Source: Octopus vulgaris
Taxonomy: Eukaryota
DNA length: 64,000 nucleotides
Reading direction: 5' to 3'
NCBI GenBank assembly: GCA_951406725.2
Contig: OX597830.1
Span: 14,632,001 to 14,696,000 of the forward strand
The notes beneath the pieces are model-generated. The model saw nothing but the letters and a program-made list of their open reading frames with translations, had not been told where the DNA came from and ran no database searches. The position numbers were made by a program, and so were the translations under genes. Below are positions 43,785 through 58,139 of this stretch, one piece after another; positions within the stretch are counted from its first letter, which is position 1, and each line of letters starts with the position of its first letter.

Positions 43785-44645
43785 CCGGTCATACTTCAAG
43801 AACCCTGCGAAGAATTCTTGCAGTTCCAAGCAATGCTGATTTTTGTTGGTGCTTCTATCTTCACACTTGCACCGATCTTTTTCACCAGCCATGTTGATAG
43901 CTGAGTGCTGATACTTCCGAGTGCACCAATTACTATTGGTATCACGTCTACTCTCTTCATTGACCTCAACCTTCTTTTTTCCCACTTCAAATCGTCATAG
44001 TTTATATTTTTCTCCTTCTTTCATATTGATCCTGTTGTTACCGGGGAATGCTATGTCGATTATCTTACACGTTCATTCTTTTTTATTCACCACAACAATG
44101 TACGGTTTCCGAGATCTGGTCGGGTGATGGCACTGGATCTTTGCATCCCACAGGATTTTGCAATTCTCATTTTCTGTGACTCCTTCTAGAGTTTGCTCAT
44201 ACCACACATTTGCTCTTTGTAGGCCGTGATTTTCACAGAGTTCCCAATGGATTATTCTAGCAAGATTATCATGGCGTCTTTTGTATTCGCGTTGTATCAA
44301 TTTCGAGCATTCGCTAACGACGTGCCATACCGTTTCACCCCCTCGCCACAAATTCTACATTTGTTGCTGTCGGTAGTGTTGTCTATCCTGCACTTCATAT
44401 AGTTGGTCCTTAACGCTTGTTCTTGAGCTGCGCATATGAATGCTTCCGTCTCTATCTTCAGGTCACTCCTCCTCATTCATAACCACCGTACATTTTCTTT
44501 TCCTTTCATGCTTTTTATTTTCCTTTGTTCATTTCTTTTTTCATTTTTTTTCTTTAGTCACACAATTTTCAGTTTGATGACGCCGGCCTTCTTCGTGTGT
44601 TTCAACAGTGGATCGACAGCAATTTTTATATATATACCACCCTAG
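43785..44645 (-). mobile_element. R4/Dong-like LINE 3' fragment (CCHC knuckle and restriction-like endonuclease)
   Basis: ETVWHVVSECSKL..EYKRRHD, ILWD..IQC, RKPYIVV, IIDIAFP, VIPIVIGALG; flanked by (TAA)n arrays. Confidence 0.85.
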
Positions 44646-44650
44646 ACTGA

Positions 44651-44728
<78 letters not shown>

Positions 44729-44729
<1 letters not shown>

Positions 44730-45283
44730 GAGTGAGAGAGCAGCGCATGCCATCAAAGTGACACTGGGGTAAAATATACGAAGCCCAGTATACACATCAT
44801 GAATACCCGTCTGATAAGGGTACACTAGGCACATGCATCACAACCATATGTGCACGACATGGTGATCTCATATCAAGATAAACAGCACATGACCTTGCAG
44901 TTAGGGCCCAGTTAGAATTTTCTTCTGGTCGAGTAACCCATCCCGCTCAGAAGGTCTCCGAATAAGGGTTGTTTAAGAATGTTGAACGAAACACACATTT
45001 TTCCAAAGGTGAATTATTCAAACCCCAAAGACTCCCTCTCAACACATGGCTATGATGCTCCCCCACTACTTCTGCTCATGATCAGAGATGCACATATCGT
45101 CAGCCACTAAGGGACATGCTCAGCTGGTTAACGTCAAGCAACTGACAAGCAAATCTGTGGTATTGAGCAGAATATTTGCTGTAGCCCATCTTTTATACCA
45201 AGACAAAACAATGTACATGATAACACTTGCAATCAGTTAAGATCAGAAGCCATGAGAGCCACTGCCTGGTACTGCATCAGGGC

Positions 45284-45285
<2 letters not shown>
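44729..45285. mobile_element. Family E ~555-bp non-coding element inside (TAA)n
   Basis: Reverse-complement copy at 59545-60101; partial copies at 48575-48832 and ~17845-18025. Confidence 0.85.
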
Positions 45286-45355
<70 letters not shown>

Positions 45356-45542
45356 CATTATTATTATTATTATCCTCTGTCTTTGTAGATTTTACTTATC
45401 TTCTTTTTTTCTCAATTTGTTAATTTGTCTCGACAAGCTACGACGACTCTTGGCTAAGCTCTGCATTGCAAAATTGCAAATCACAGCAATCTCCAGACTA
45501 AACCGTTTGGTTGTAGGACGGATGCATTGTGGTCATACGTAC

Positions 45543-45708
45543 CTATTATTATAATGGCTCAGCAAATGCCGAAGGTAGTCGATATACGTACTGCTAGTAG
45601 CCATAATACTATGCGGTGTGACCAGACCTGATCGATACTCTTTCCACCAGGGTTTGCCGACTATGTCACAGCTAGCAGGAGAACCTACTACGTGAGGAAG
45701 GTCAACGT
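45543..45708 (-). CDS. Candidate host exon, product not recognised
   Basis: Unique, GC-balanced island; tccag| acceptor, AG|GTACGT donor, open frame VDLPHVVGSPASCDIVGKPWWKEYRSGLVTPHSIMATSSTYIDYLRHLLSHYNN. Confidence 0.35.
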
Positions 45709-45832
45709 CTGGACACCGGAACATTTGCACACTATGACATTTATGCATCAGTAATTCAATTAGCAGTGATCCCAAGCGACTGCTTACATACATCTTTTGT
45801 ATATACGTATGTATGGTGCCATTATACACATA

Positions 45833-45874
<42 letters not shown>

Positions 45875-46313
45875 CATACATTCCTCTCACGCGCACACAC
45901 ACATATAGGCCTTTGTGTTTTCATAAATACACACGTAAATATGCTATGGTGTGTGTGTGTGTGTGTAGCATATTTATGAATAACCTACGTGATACTCAGC
46001 GTTAAATATACATGCTTAGTTATTTGGTTAAGAAATCGGTCAATCACAAAAAAAGAATTGTTTAAACACATCAAATAGGAATTTATATAGTTATGAGAAG
46101 TGAAACGGTGTATTTGTTTGTGTGTGTGTGCGCGCTCGCGCGCTTTGTGTTTGTGCGCGTGCGTGTTTGTGCGTGTGTGTGTGTTTGTGTGTTAGTTTTT
46201 CGGTGCATGTGTGTTTGTGAAAGTGATATATTGATTATATGTACTAGAAGAGATATCTGCATAGATGGCTATACACACAGACATACATACACATACATAT
46301 ACACATATAAATA

Positions 46314-47410
46314 GGCGCAGAAGTGGCTGTGTGGTAAGTAGCTTGTTTACCAACCACATGGTTCTGGGTTCAGTCCTACTGCGTGGCACCTTGGGCAAGT
46401 GTCTTCTACTATAGCCTCGGGCCGACCAAAGCCTTGTGAGTGGATTTGGTAGACGGAAACTGAAAGAAGCCCGTCGTATATATGTATATATATATATATG
46501 TGTGTGTGTTTGTGTGTCTGTGTTTGTCCCCCTAGCATTGCTTGACAACCGATGCTGGTGTGTTTATGTCCCCGTAACTTTGCGGTTCGGCAAAAAGAGA
46601 CCGATAGAATAAGTACTGGGCTTACAAAGAATAAGTCCCGGGGTCGAGTTGCTCGATTAAAGGCGGTGTTCCAGCATGGCCGCTGTCAAATGACCGTAAC
46701 AAGTAAAAGAGTAAATAGTAAATATTCGTATATATATATGCATACATATATATATATATATTCTTTTATCCTTGTTATCTTTTACTTGTTTCAATCATTT
46801 GACTGCGGCAATGTTGGAGCAGAGCCTTTAGTCGAACAAATCGACCTCAGGACTTATTCTTTGTAAGCCTAATACTTATTCTAGCGGTTTCTTTTGCCGA
46901 ACCGCTAGGTTACGGGGACGTAAATACACTAAAATCGGTTGTCAAGCGATGGTGGCGGGACAAACACAGACACACACACACACACAAATATATACATATA
47001 ACCGCAGGGGTGGCTGTGTGATAAGTAGCCTGCTAACCAACCACATGGTTCTGGGTTCAGTCCCACTGCGTGGCACCTTGAGGAACTGTCTTCTTCTACA
47101 GCCTCGGGTCGACCAAAACCTTGTGAGTGGATTTGGTAGACGGAAACTGAAAGAAGCCCGTTTTATATATATATGTGTTTGTGTGTGCGTGTGTGTGTAT
47201 TATACATATACGTTTGTGTGTCTGTTTTTACCCCCACATTCAGTTGACAACAGATGTTGGTGTGTCTACGTCCCCATAACTTAGCAGTTCGGTAAAAAGT
47301 GACCGAGGAAGTAAGTACTAGGCTTACAAAGAATAAGTCCTGGGGTCGATTTGTTCGACTACAGGCGTACCCCAGCATGGCCGCAGTCAAATGACTGAAA
47401 AAAATCAAAA
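46314..47410. mobile_element. Cluster of three family B SINEs (+ 46314-46710, - 46770-46975, + 47002-47410)
   Basis: Mutual sequence similarity. Confidence 0.88.
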
Positions 47411-47747
47411 GGGAGTATATATATATATATCAATAATTATTTTTAATACGCCTTGAATGGTTCTTTTACATACTGAACACTACTTGGTGAAATTAATTAA
47501 TAACTAATTGATCTTACCCTTAATTATTGATAATAATTTCCTTCTTGTTCTTTTACTGCGGTTCTCACCGTTACTATCTGTTTACTCTGTAACTAACTCA
47601 CGTGGATGGAAGCGGGAAGAGCATAAATCATCTCTCGTACTGTTTGAATTCGCTGGCACTGGCAGTTTGAAGATGTTTGTCTGAGAAGATTTTTGTCGGA
47701 CGGGTATGTTCATTTTTTTAGTGCTTTCAAATCCAAATTAAGAAATG

Positions 47748-47808
47748 TTGAGCTGACGAAAGAAATGTCGAATTTAATTCGGCTAATCTAGAACGTGAAC
47801 GTTCTCAA
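47748..47808 (+). ncRNA. Degenerate hammerhead motif
   Basis: ttgag-CTGACGA-aaga..tcta-GAA-cgt-ga-acg-TT|ctcaa; one A of GAAA missing. Confidence 0.5.
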
Positions 47809-48060
47809 TTAACCTTTGTACATGTGATATTTTTCTGTTTTCCCTCCATATCTACGTGAGTTATTCTTGAGTAAATACTATCTGGGAGACTTTTCTTAAA
47901 GTAGTGGAAATGGCTAAAAAAACCTTTTGGCTGCTATTTCTAAAAAATTTCAGTATGTGGCAAAGTAAATTATTTTACTGAGCCCTAATTATATAACGTT
48001 ATATATATATATATATATATATAATATAATATAATATTATATATATATACACAGAGAGAG

Positions 48061-48099
<39 letters not shown>

Positions 48100-48105
48100 T
48101 ATGTA

Positions 48106-48149
<44 letters not shown>

Positions 48150-48162
48150 GCATATATTCAAG

Positions 48163-48246
<84 letters not shown>

Positions 48247-48934
48247 CCGCTCGATGTAGTTTGTTTAACTCCCTGTAATAAAGCGTTTCGGTTAAAGAGA
48301 ACAATAAAGTAAAAACAAGGCTTTAAAGAATACGTAGTCACCGATTTTTTCAGTATCTTGAGATTTAACGTCTATATAGAGGGAATTTCCTCGATAGCCC
48401 AGTTGAGTATCTCAAGTTTGGGGAATCAGCACGGATTCTGTAAACGCTTTGTGGTATATTGTCTTTTAAGAGGAGAGCTCCGACTGCTGTATATTCCTAA
48501 CTCTGGCCCTCTGTCTTAATTCACAACATGTTCGTATGTTTCCATCAATGTCTAGGTACTTAGGGCAGAAGAGATATACGAATCCCAGTATACCCATCAT
48601 GACTACCCGTCTGATAAGGGTACACTAGGCACATGCATCACAACAATATATGTACGACATGGTGATCTCATATCAAGATAAACAGCACATGACCTTGCAG
48701 TTGGGGCCCAGTTAGAATTTTCTTCTGGTCGAGTAACCCATCCCGCTCAGAAGGTCCCCGAATAAGGGTTGTTGAAGGATGTTGAACGAAATACCCTTGT
48801 TTCCAGAGGTGAATTGTTCAAACCCCAAAGAGGTTATGCACAGGTTATGATTTTGGGGCAACTGATTCTCCATGTCCAACAATAACATATTCCATTCCTA
48901 TATTAGCAGGAAACTATTCCTATATTAGCAGGAA

Positions 48935-49320
48935 ACTATTGCTATTAGTTGCAGCTTTTTGGCATTGGTGACATGTTTAGCATAAATCTCCAGGTCATCC
49001 GCAAAGAATTATGAGTTACATTTCAATCTCTAGCAACTGCAAGCCCTAGTATGTAGCCATTGGATTTTTGTAGCAGAAAGGCTATCTTCAAATATTCCCG
49101 CTGGAATATTTATATCACTGGAGGTAATTGTTCCGCTCTTAGTTCTAAGTGTAAGGATTGTTGCCTAAGTGTTTGTGATCCTCTTAATGGCAGCAATTAA
49201 GATAGCAGGTACTTTTACCAAATGGAGACGCTTCAGCAGCCATGAGTGGAGAATCGAGTCAAACGTCTTCCCATTATCAAGCCATAGGATCCTTCGATTC
49301 GTTTTCACTTCAGACTGTAC
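48935..49320 (-). mobile_element. R4/Dong-like RT fragment
   Basis: LWLDNGKTFDSILHSWL (cf. WIDYKKAFDSVPHSW) and FADDLEIYAK. Confidence 0.7.
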
Positions 49321-49449
49321 AACTTTGTATGTATGTATGCATGTACGTACGTATGTATGTATGTATGTATGTATGTATGTATGTATGTATGTATGTATGT
49401 ATGTATGTATGTATGTGTGTATGTATGTATGTATGTATGTATGTATGTA

Positions 49450-49922
49450 TGTCAGGTCACTTTCGAGTGCTACTGGTAACATGTAACCCAGTACAACCTG
49501 TTACATGGTCGGGTCGTTGGCGACTAAACTGGCAACCCCACCAAGCTTGCTTGGTGAGGAGGGTGTTTATTGGACACCCTGCGGGATGAAAAACAAAACC
49601 CGTCAAAGGGCAGAGGAACTCTCGAGAGTCAACGGCCATCCAATAAATGTCTTAAGGCTGTATCATGCGTGAGGACATAGAAATAATCGGACTGAATACC
49701 CGATCGCGCGATTACCATTGGGAGTGAAGGACTCCTAGCCTTTGTTAGGGCATCCTTCTAGAAGAACGTAACTCAGGTAACTGGGATAACTCCGACATAA
49801 AACCTGTGTCTCAGTGGTTACCGATGATGTTGACTTGTTCTTCTTTTCGGATTATTGCTGCTGTTGTTTAGTGAGTGGGATTGACTCAGTGCTCAGCCTT
49901 TCCTCACTTTAAGAAAAATCTT
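49450..49922 (+). mobile_element. Family D copy, 3' truncated
   Basis: Reverse complement of ~28555-29015. Confidence 0.85.
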
Positions 49923-50141
49923 TGTGAGTATGTGAATACATGTAAATATATATGACAATGTTTGCTCCTAAATTGCGTATTGTTGTTTACACAAACAAGA
50001 GCTAAAGAAAGGCACACACAAATTTACATACATACATGTATACATGTTTACTTTCATGTATATGCTCATAACTATATACATAGGTGCACATACCTAGAAA
50101 CATGTGTGTATATAGACTAAAACATACAAGCATGTGCATAT

Positions 50142-50179
<38 letters not shown>

Positions 50180-50799
50180 TAAATTATGAATAAATGCACA
50201 TGCATACATGCATGCACACTAGCATACATGCAATCATACGTACATACACAGACAAATACGTACATAATGCAAACACTCAAACTCACGTGCATATTCACTT
50301 AGACAAATAGTACATATATACCTATAGGTATGTTCCTTCATACATATACATGCATATATACATACATGCACACGCATACGTATTTATAGATGCAAAAAAC
50401 CTACAAATACATATATAGACATAGATATATACATACACACGCTTTCATATTCATAGATGCAAAAAAACCTACCTACCGACATACATACAAAGAGACAGAC
50501 ATACATAGGTAATATTAAATATACATAGATACAGTGTTGTTGCAGAGGTATTAAAGAGTACACTGACCACATGGAGAGTTGAGGTAAAAGAAGAATATGA
50601 ACAACACGAATATCACGAATGAAGAAGTCGAAAACTGTGAGGAAAGAAAAAAAATGGATGGAAATATTGAGAGGAGAAAAGGGAAAAAAGTGTGACTGAA
50701 AGAAAAAGCGAAATGAGAAAAGGAAGGAAAAAGAAAGGCAGGAGTTGGAAGGAAATAAGAAAATATAGAGACGTCGAAAGACAGAAAGGTAGAAAGATG

Positions 50800-51366
50800 A
50801 CTGGGCATTTCGTCGATTGCGACGATGAGTGCTTCAGTTGATCCGATCAACGGAACATCCTGCTCAGAAGTTAACGTGCTCAGAAGTTAACCTGAGCACT
50901 CCACAGACATGTGTACCCCTAACGTAGCTCTCGGGTAGATTCTGCGTGACACACTGTGTGATTAGGCTGGCCCTTTGAAATACAGGCACAGCTCATTTTT
51001 TGTCAGCTTAGTTGACAGGAGCAATGTGAAATGGGAAGGGATTACAACCGTGTTTCGTGGTCTGCTACCACAACAGCTCCTTTATAGGATCCAGTTAGCT
51101 CAAGACATCATCAAGAGGAAACACGTCCAGTTTCGGCCCCTACTCCTCTACCGTTCTGACGTGGCGGGCCTCCTCCCCACTTTCGGAGGTGTCTTCAGCT
51201 CTGGTGTTGGCTGGCCCTTTGATATATAGGTACAGCTCGTTTTTTGTCAGCTTAGTTGACTGGTGCAATGTGAAATAAAGTATGTTGTTCAAGTATACAA
51301 CGTGTCGCTGGGAGTCGACTTACTACCTTACGATCGCGAGCCGGATGCTCTAACCACTAAGCCACG
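50800..51366 (-). mobile_element. Diverged family C-related SINE with an internal duplication and insert
   Basis: ggctggccctttga..acagctc..tttttgtcagcttagttgac occurs twice. Confidence 0.7.
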
Positions 51367-52524
51367 CGTCTTCCCCAAGGCAAAAAGAAATCAATGGGAA
51401 AAGGAAAGAAAATTGACAGAAATAATGAAAGAGGAGAAAGAGAATGTATGAATGAAGAAAAGGAAGAAAGAGACAAAGGGAGGAGAATGAATGATAACAG
51501 AAAGGAAGGAAAGGGAAAGAAAGAAAAATGGTAAGGAATATTAACAGAGAACGAAAGATCATAAGAAAGAAAGGGAGAGAGGAGAGAGAAAGAAAGAAAG
51601 CAGGAAGGAAGGAAGGATAAAAGAAAGGAAGAAGGAAAGAAAAGGCGGAGGGAAAGTAAAAGGAAAAGAAGAGAAAACAACAGAAAATGGAAGGAGAAAG
51701 GAAGGGACAGAGAGAGAAGGAGAGAAAGTAGGAAAGAAAGAAAGAAACAAACAAACAAAAGTGGAAGGAAGGAAGGAAAGAAAGAAAGAAAGGGGGAAGG
51801 AAAGAAAGTGAAAGAAAGACAGAAAGAAAGAAAGATGAACTGAAAAAAAAAAGAGAAAAGAAATTCGGAGAGAGATGAAAGAGAAAGAGAAATAAAAGGG
51901 AGATGAAAGAAAGGAAGATGAGAATAGAGAAGAAAATAAGAAAAAGCGATGAAGTGAAGGTGGTTCTGCCGATAGGATTGTGGTAGTGAGGAAGGTAGGA
52001 GTGGTGGTGGTAGTAGTAGTAGTAGTAGCCATGTTAGGGAATGGCTGATCCAGTAGAGTGAGGTCAGTATTGATCGAGTCCAAAAACTACTTATCTAAGA
52101 TCATAGCTAAACAACAAGGGCGGTGTTTAGGGGAGCCTAGCTGAAGGCTAACAAGGATCTCAAATATACAGGAAGACAACGACGTTGTGTGGTGGTAAGT
52201 AATATGAAGACAGGCTGGTCTCCATATTGCATGTGTGTGTGTGTATATATACACATGTGTGTGTGCGTACATGTATATATATATATATACGCATGTATAT
52301 ATATGTGTATGTATGTATGTATATATATATATATGTACGTGTAGTTGAATGAAATATAAGCTCGTTTATAAATATATAGACATACATTAGGCCATAAATA
52401 TATCATATGTGTGTATATAAATAATCATATCATATATATTAAACATACAAATATTTATTTATATCATATATCTCCGTGACATACATATATCTTCATACAT
52501 ATGCGTGCGTGTAAGTATATTTGC

Positions 52525-52619
<95 letters not shown>

Positions 52620-52679
52620 AAGATACAAACATACATACATACAAACATAGGCAGACAGACTGACAGATAGATAGATTAT

Positions 52680-52775
<96 letters not shown>

Positions 52776-52845
52776 TAGAGAGATAGACAGAGAGAGAGAG
52801 ATAGATAGATAATAGAGAGATAGATAGAGAGATAGACAGAGAGAG

Positions 52846-52876
<31 letters not shown>

Positions 52877-53521
52877 GCCTAATTGTAAGACAGTTCATTT
52901 ATAATTCGTGCTGAAATCGAGTCTACTACGAGACAGCATGTGTGACTAACGCTACATATTTTGATTTCAATTTAATTTTCAAAGAAAACTTATATATACA
53001 TAGATGCGGCTGGTATATATATGTATGTATGTATACGAATGTGCTATTTTCTTGCTTGCGTTTATGTATCGTGGTGTGTGTGTATGTATGAGTGTGTGTG
53101 TGCATACATACATACATACATACATACATACATACATACATACATACATACATACATACATGATTTATATTCACGCATGTAGACACGCATATATACATTC
53201 GCTCACGCAAGGACACGTGCTGCGTCACATTCTCTCTGCTTTACATCGAAACACGCTTTCTGCCATAGGTTGGTTTGGCTTTACAAATGAACTTAATTAA
53301 AAATAACACCAATTAATTCAACAGAAGCCGAGACCTAATATTGAAACATATCTCGTTACGTCATTGAAATAAATGCATTTGTATATTTATAAAAGTCTAG
53401 GGAGACATACATAAACACACACACACACACACTCGCACGAACACACGCACGCACATACACACACGCATACACACGCACGCGCGCGCTCACACAAATATGT
53501 ACGAATGTATGAATGAATGTG

Positions 53522-53557
<36 letters not shown>

Positions 53558-53558
53558 C

Positions 53559-53928
53559 GTGGCACTCCGTCGGTTACGACGACGAGGGTTCCAGTTGATC
53601 CGATCAATGTAACGGCCTGCTCGTGAAATTAGCATGTAAGTGGCTGAGCATTCTATAGACACGTGTACCCTTAACGTAGTTCTCGGGGATATTCAGCGTG
53701 ACGCAATGGGTGACAAGGCTGGCCCTTTGAAATACAGGTACAACAGAAAGAGTAAGAGAAAGCTGTGGTGAAAGAGTACGACAGGGTTTGCCACCATCCC
53801 CAGCCGGAGACTCGTGGTGCTTTAGGTGTTTTCGCTCAATAAACACTCACAACGTCCGGACTGGGAATAGAAACCGCAATCCTTTGACCGTGAATCCGCT
53901 GCCTAACCACTGGGCCATTGCGCCTCCA
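53559..53928 (-). mobile_element. SINE family C, full length
   Basis: Head ggaggcgcaatggcccagtggttagg. Confidence 0.88.
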
Positions 53929-54150
53929 CAATGTGTGTATGTGTGTGTGTGCGTGTGTGTACAGAACGTTAAAAATGGAGTTGATAGTACACTCATTTCT
54001 TTCTTTGCACGGGAGATACGTTCCAGAGACTACTGTGCAAAATAAAACCGTGTAAAAAATATACAGTGTACATATGAAAATTAGAGAAAGGTTCCATTAA
54101 AATATTTTTAATAAAATAATTTTAATTTTCATATACAAATAAATTGTGTG

Positions 54151-54247
<97 letters not shown>

Positions 54248-54280
54248 GGAGTTAAACGCAGGTGTTATTCAAATTCTTTT

Positions 54281-54366
54281 ACTTCCGACACATGTTTCGA
54301 AGATATCACTGGTATTATTCCAAAGGAATAAAATGGTGAAAAACAATGTAATCTCTGCAGGGAAAT
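54281..54366 (-). ncRNA. Hammerhead paralogue of 61147-61232 with a mutated core
   Basis: atttcc-CTGCAGA...GAAA-catgtg-TC|ggaagt. Confidence 0.55.
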
Positions 54367-54479
54367 GAAGAAATGAAATTCGTCAATAAGACATTGGAGT
54401 TACAGCCTTTTAACGTGTGATTTTTTGCTACCCTGGTAACTATTTATCTAGTTTTCCATGTTGTTAACAAGGGAAAAAT

Positions 54480-55075
<596 letters not shown>

Positions 55076-55101
55076 TTTACCGGGGCTCCGCTCGATATGT
55101 A

Positions 55102-55262
<161 letters not shown>

Positions 55263-56207
55263 TATATACAAAATGACGAAAGTGGAGTTGATAGTCTTGA
55301 TTATATAATATTAGCAAAAGTGATCAACTAGTTATTTTATCGACCCCGGAATGATGGAAGGCAATATTTTAAGTAAACTGAGTTTTTTTTTTCTTTTTTG
55401 CCGGTAAAATAATGAACTGCAAAGTTTGGGGAAAATATGTTAACGTGGCGTTTGGCTTAATCATGATTTCTGATAGTAAACTTGGCATATTCAAAAATAT
55501 AATCTTAATTAAATTTAGAATGAAATATTTCCCGTACTTCCTAAGTGCGAAGAATCTTTGAAGATACTTGATGCTAAGAGTCTTGTACAACACATAAATC
55601 TGTTTACAGAAGCAACTGAAAAGTGTTCTTCTCGACACCAGTGAATTAGAGAAAGAATACAGTTTTTCAAATAGTTTGTTGTTGCACGATTCATGAATCT
55701 CTTACGATCCATCAGAGTATTGGAATTCAAAGAGGCCAAGAAACTCTAAACTAATTCTATTTGAAACCGAAGAGTCATTACACTTAGAGCAAATTTAGAA
55801 GAAATTAAACGTGAATGTACAAGAATGTGAAGAAAGATTCAGAAAGTATTATGGAAGAAAAAGGAATCGCAATCCTAGAAATTGTAGGACATTTGAAATT
55901 TTTTCATGTCAAACATTGTTCACAGCACTAAATATTATAGAACCAGACAAAGGAACTAGGCTAAGTGATGACTTGAGTGTTGCTAGTAATAACATTATGA
56001 TAGTGACTTGAATGGTGTCTGTCTTGTGTTTCAGTGATCACTTGAGCGTTGCTTGTATAGTATCATAGATGACATATGCTGTATTTTTCCTCTAAAGCAA
56101 CGGTCTGTCGAACAAAGCAGCAAAAATATCGTTGAAATAAACGTAACTTCTTGAAATGCGCTTTATTATAAGATGTTTCAAGTTATAGTTTTCTATAATA
56201 TATATAA

Positions 56208-56327
56208 CTAGCAGTATCGCCCGGCGTTGCTCGGGTTTGTAAGGGAAATAACTATATAAGCATTTTTAGAGAGTTATAATCTAAATCGTAGGAGACAGAC
56301 ACACAACCTTACTTTTATATATACAGA
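56208..56327 (-). mobile_element. 120-bp internally deleted copy of the same Helitron
   Basis: Both termini nearly identical to 31875-32273 and joined directly. Confidence 0.85.
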
Positions 56328-56510
56328 TATATAAATATATATAATAGAAAACTAGGCCGGCTAACTCGGTGACATTGCTGGTAAAACTCATTCGACAAGC
56401 TTCCACAATTTCCGTTGATACCACTTCACTCGCCGAGTTGCTTGCATCCATTTGACAGTTTATCTGCATCCATCCGGCTGGAGTGCGCACGTCACAGTAA
56501 CACACACTCA

Positions 56511-56563
<53 letters not shown>

Positions 56564-56684
56564 GACAAACTGAAATGAGATAACTTCCTGCAGATCTTTC
56601 GCCATACTCAAATATGCGATCATTGTACTGTAAATATTTCAGTCCAATAAATTTTCCATGTCTTTCACTGCATTTTATATGTAC

Positions 56685-57101
56685 TCTTTTACTCTTTTAC
56701 TTGTTTCAGTCATTTGACTGCGGCCATACTGGAGCATCGCCTTTAGTCGAGCAAATCGACCACGGGACTTATTCTTTGTAAGCCCAGTACTTATTTTATC
56801 GGTCTCTTTTGCCGAACCGCTAAGTGACGGTGACGTAAATACACCAGCATAGGTTGTCAAGCAATGCTAGGGGGGGACAAATACAGACACACAAACATAT
56901 ACGCACACATACATATATATATATATATATACATATATACGACAGGCTTCTTTCAGTTTCCGTCTACCAAATCCACTCACAAGGCTTTGGTCGGCCTAAG
57001 GCTATAGCAAAAGACACTTGCCCAACGTTCCACACAGTGGGACTTAACCCGGAACCATGTGGTTGGTAAGCAAGCTACTTACCACACAGCCACTCCTGCG
57101 C
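56685..57101 (-). mobile_element. SINE family B, full length
   Basis: Reverse complement of 46314-46710. Confidence 0.9.
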
Positions 57102-57135
57102 CGGTATGTGTGTGTGTATGTGTGTGTTTGTGTAA

Positions 57136-57638
57136 AGGAGCGTGGTTTGGTTCGATTCCCGGAAGCCCGTTGTATCCTTGAACAAATCGCTTCATTTCAT
57201 GTTTCTCCCGTCCTCTCAGCTCGCGATATTGAGCAGTACCTGTAATTCAAAGGACCATCCTTGTCACCTTCTGTGTCACGAGGAATCTCCCTGGCAACTA
57301 CGTTAAGGGTATCGGTGGCGAGCTGGCAGAACCGTTAGCAAACCAGGCGAAATGCTTAGCGGTATTTCGGCTGCCGTTAATTTCTGAGTTCAAATTCCGC
57401 CGAGGTCGACTTTGCCTTTTATCCTTTCGGGGTCGATAAATTAAGTACCAGTTACGCACTTGGGTCGATGTAATCGACTTAATCCGTGTGTCTGTCCTTG
57501 TTTGTCCCCTCTATGTTTAGCCGCTTGTGGTTAGTAAAGAAATAAGTATGCGTGTCTATGGACGTTAATTTCACGAGCGGGCTGTTCCATTGATCAAATC
57601 AACTGGCACCCACGTCGGCGTTACCGACGGAGTGCCAG
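57136..57638 (+). mobile_element. Diverged family C SINE interrupted by family A
   Basis: ctacgttaagggta | gcgtgtct..aatttcacgagc..ccgacggagtgcca. Confidence 0.75.
57314..57544 (+). mobile_element. SINE family A nested inside a family C SINE
   Basis: Full-length copy; the host SINE resumes after 57544. Confidence 0.9.
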
Positions 57639-57908
57639 TGTGTGTGTGCGTGTGTGGACGCGAACGTGTGTAGCAGGTAATATGTGCGTGAGTACTGTTT
57701 GTGAATGGCGTGTGAGCGAGCGTGCGTGTATGTTCTTGTATAGTTTTTAGGCAGTCGAACACGAGTGCTTGACACTGTTATATGCGAATGTATTATGTGT
57801 TTATACATTGTGTGCGTATGCGTGTGTATGTATGTGAGCGAGTGTCCATCTCGCTGTTGTGCAGTCGGTGCGTGTATGTGGGGCTGTTATATATAGTGTT
57901 TGTGTAAA

Positions 57909-58139
57909 GGCGGCGAGCTGGCTGAAACGTTAGCACGCCGGGCGAAATGCGTAGCCGTGTTTCGTCTGCAGTTACGTTCTGAGTTCAAATTCCGCCGAGG
58001 TCGACTTTGCCTTTCATCCTTTCGGGGTCGATAAATTAAGTACCAGTTACGCACTGGGGTCGATGTAATCGACTTAATCCGTTTGTCTCTCCTTGTTTAT
58101 CTCCTCTGTGTTTAGCCCCTTGTGGGTAGTAAAGAAATA
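57909..58139 (+). mobile_element. SINE family A, full length
   Basis: A box (tggctgaaacg), B box (gagttcaaatt), A-rich tail. Confidence 0.9.

Noticed and set aside
51350-52083. Phe/Leu/Ser-rich ORFs resembling membrane proteins
   Set aside because: Translation of a purine-rich low-complexity tract
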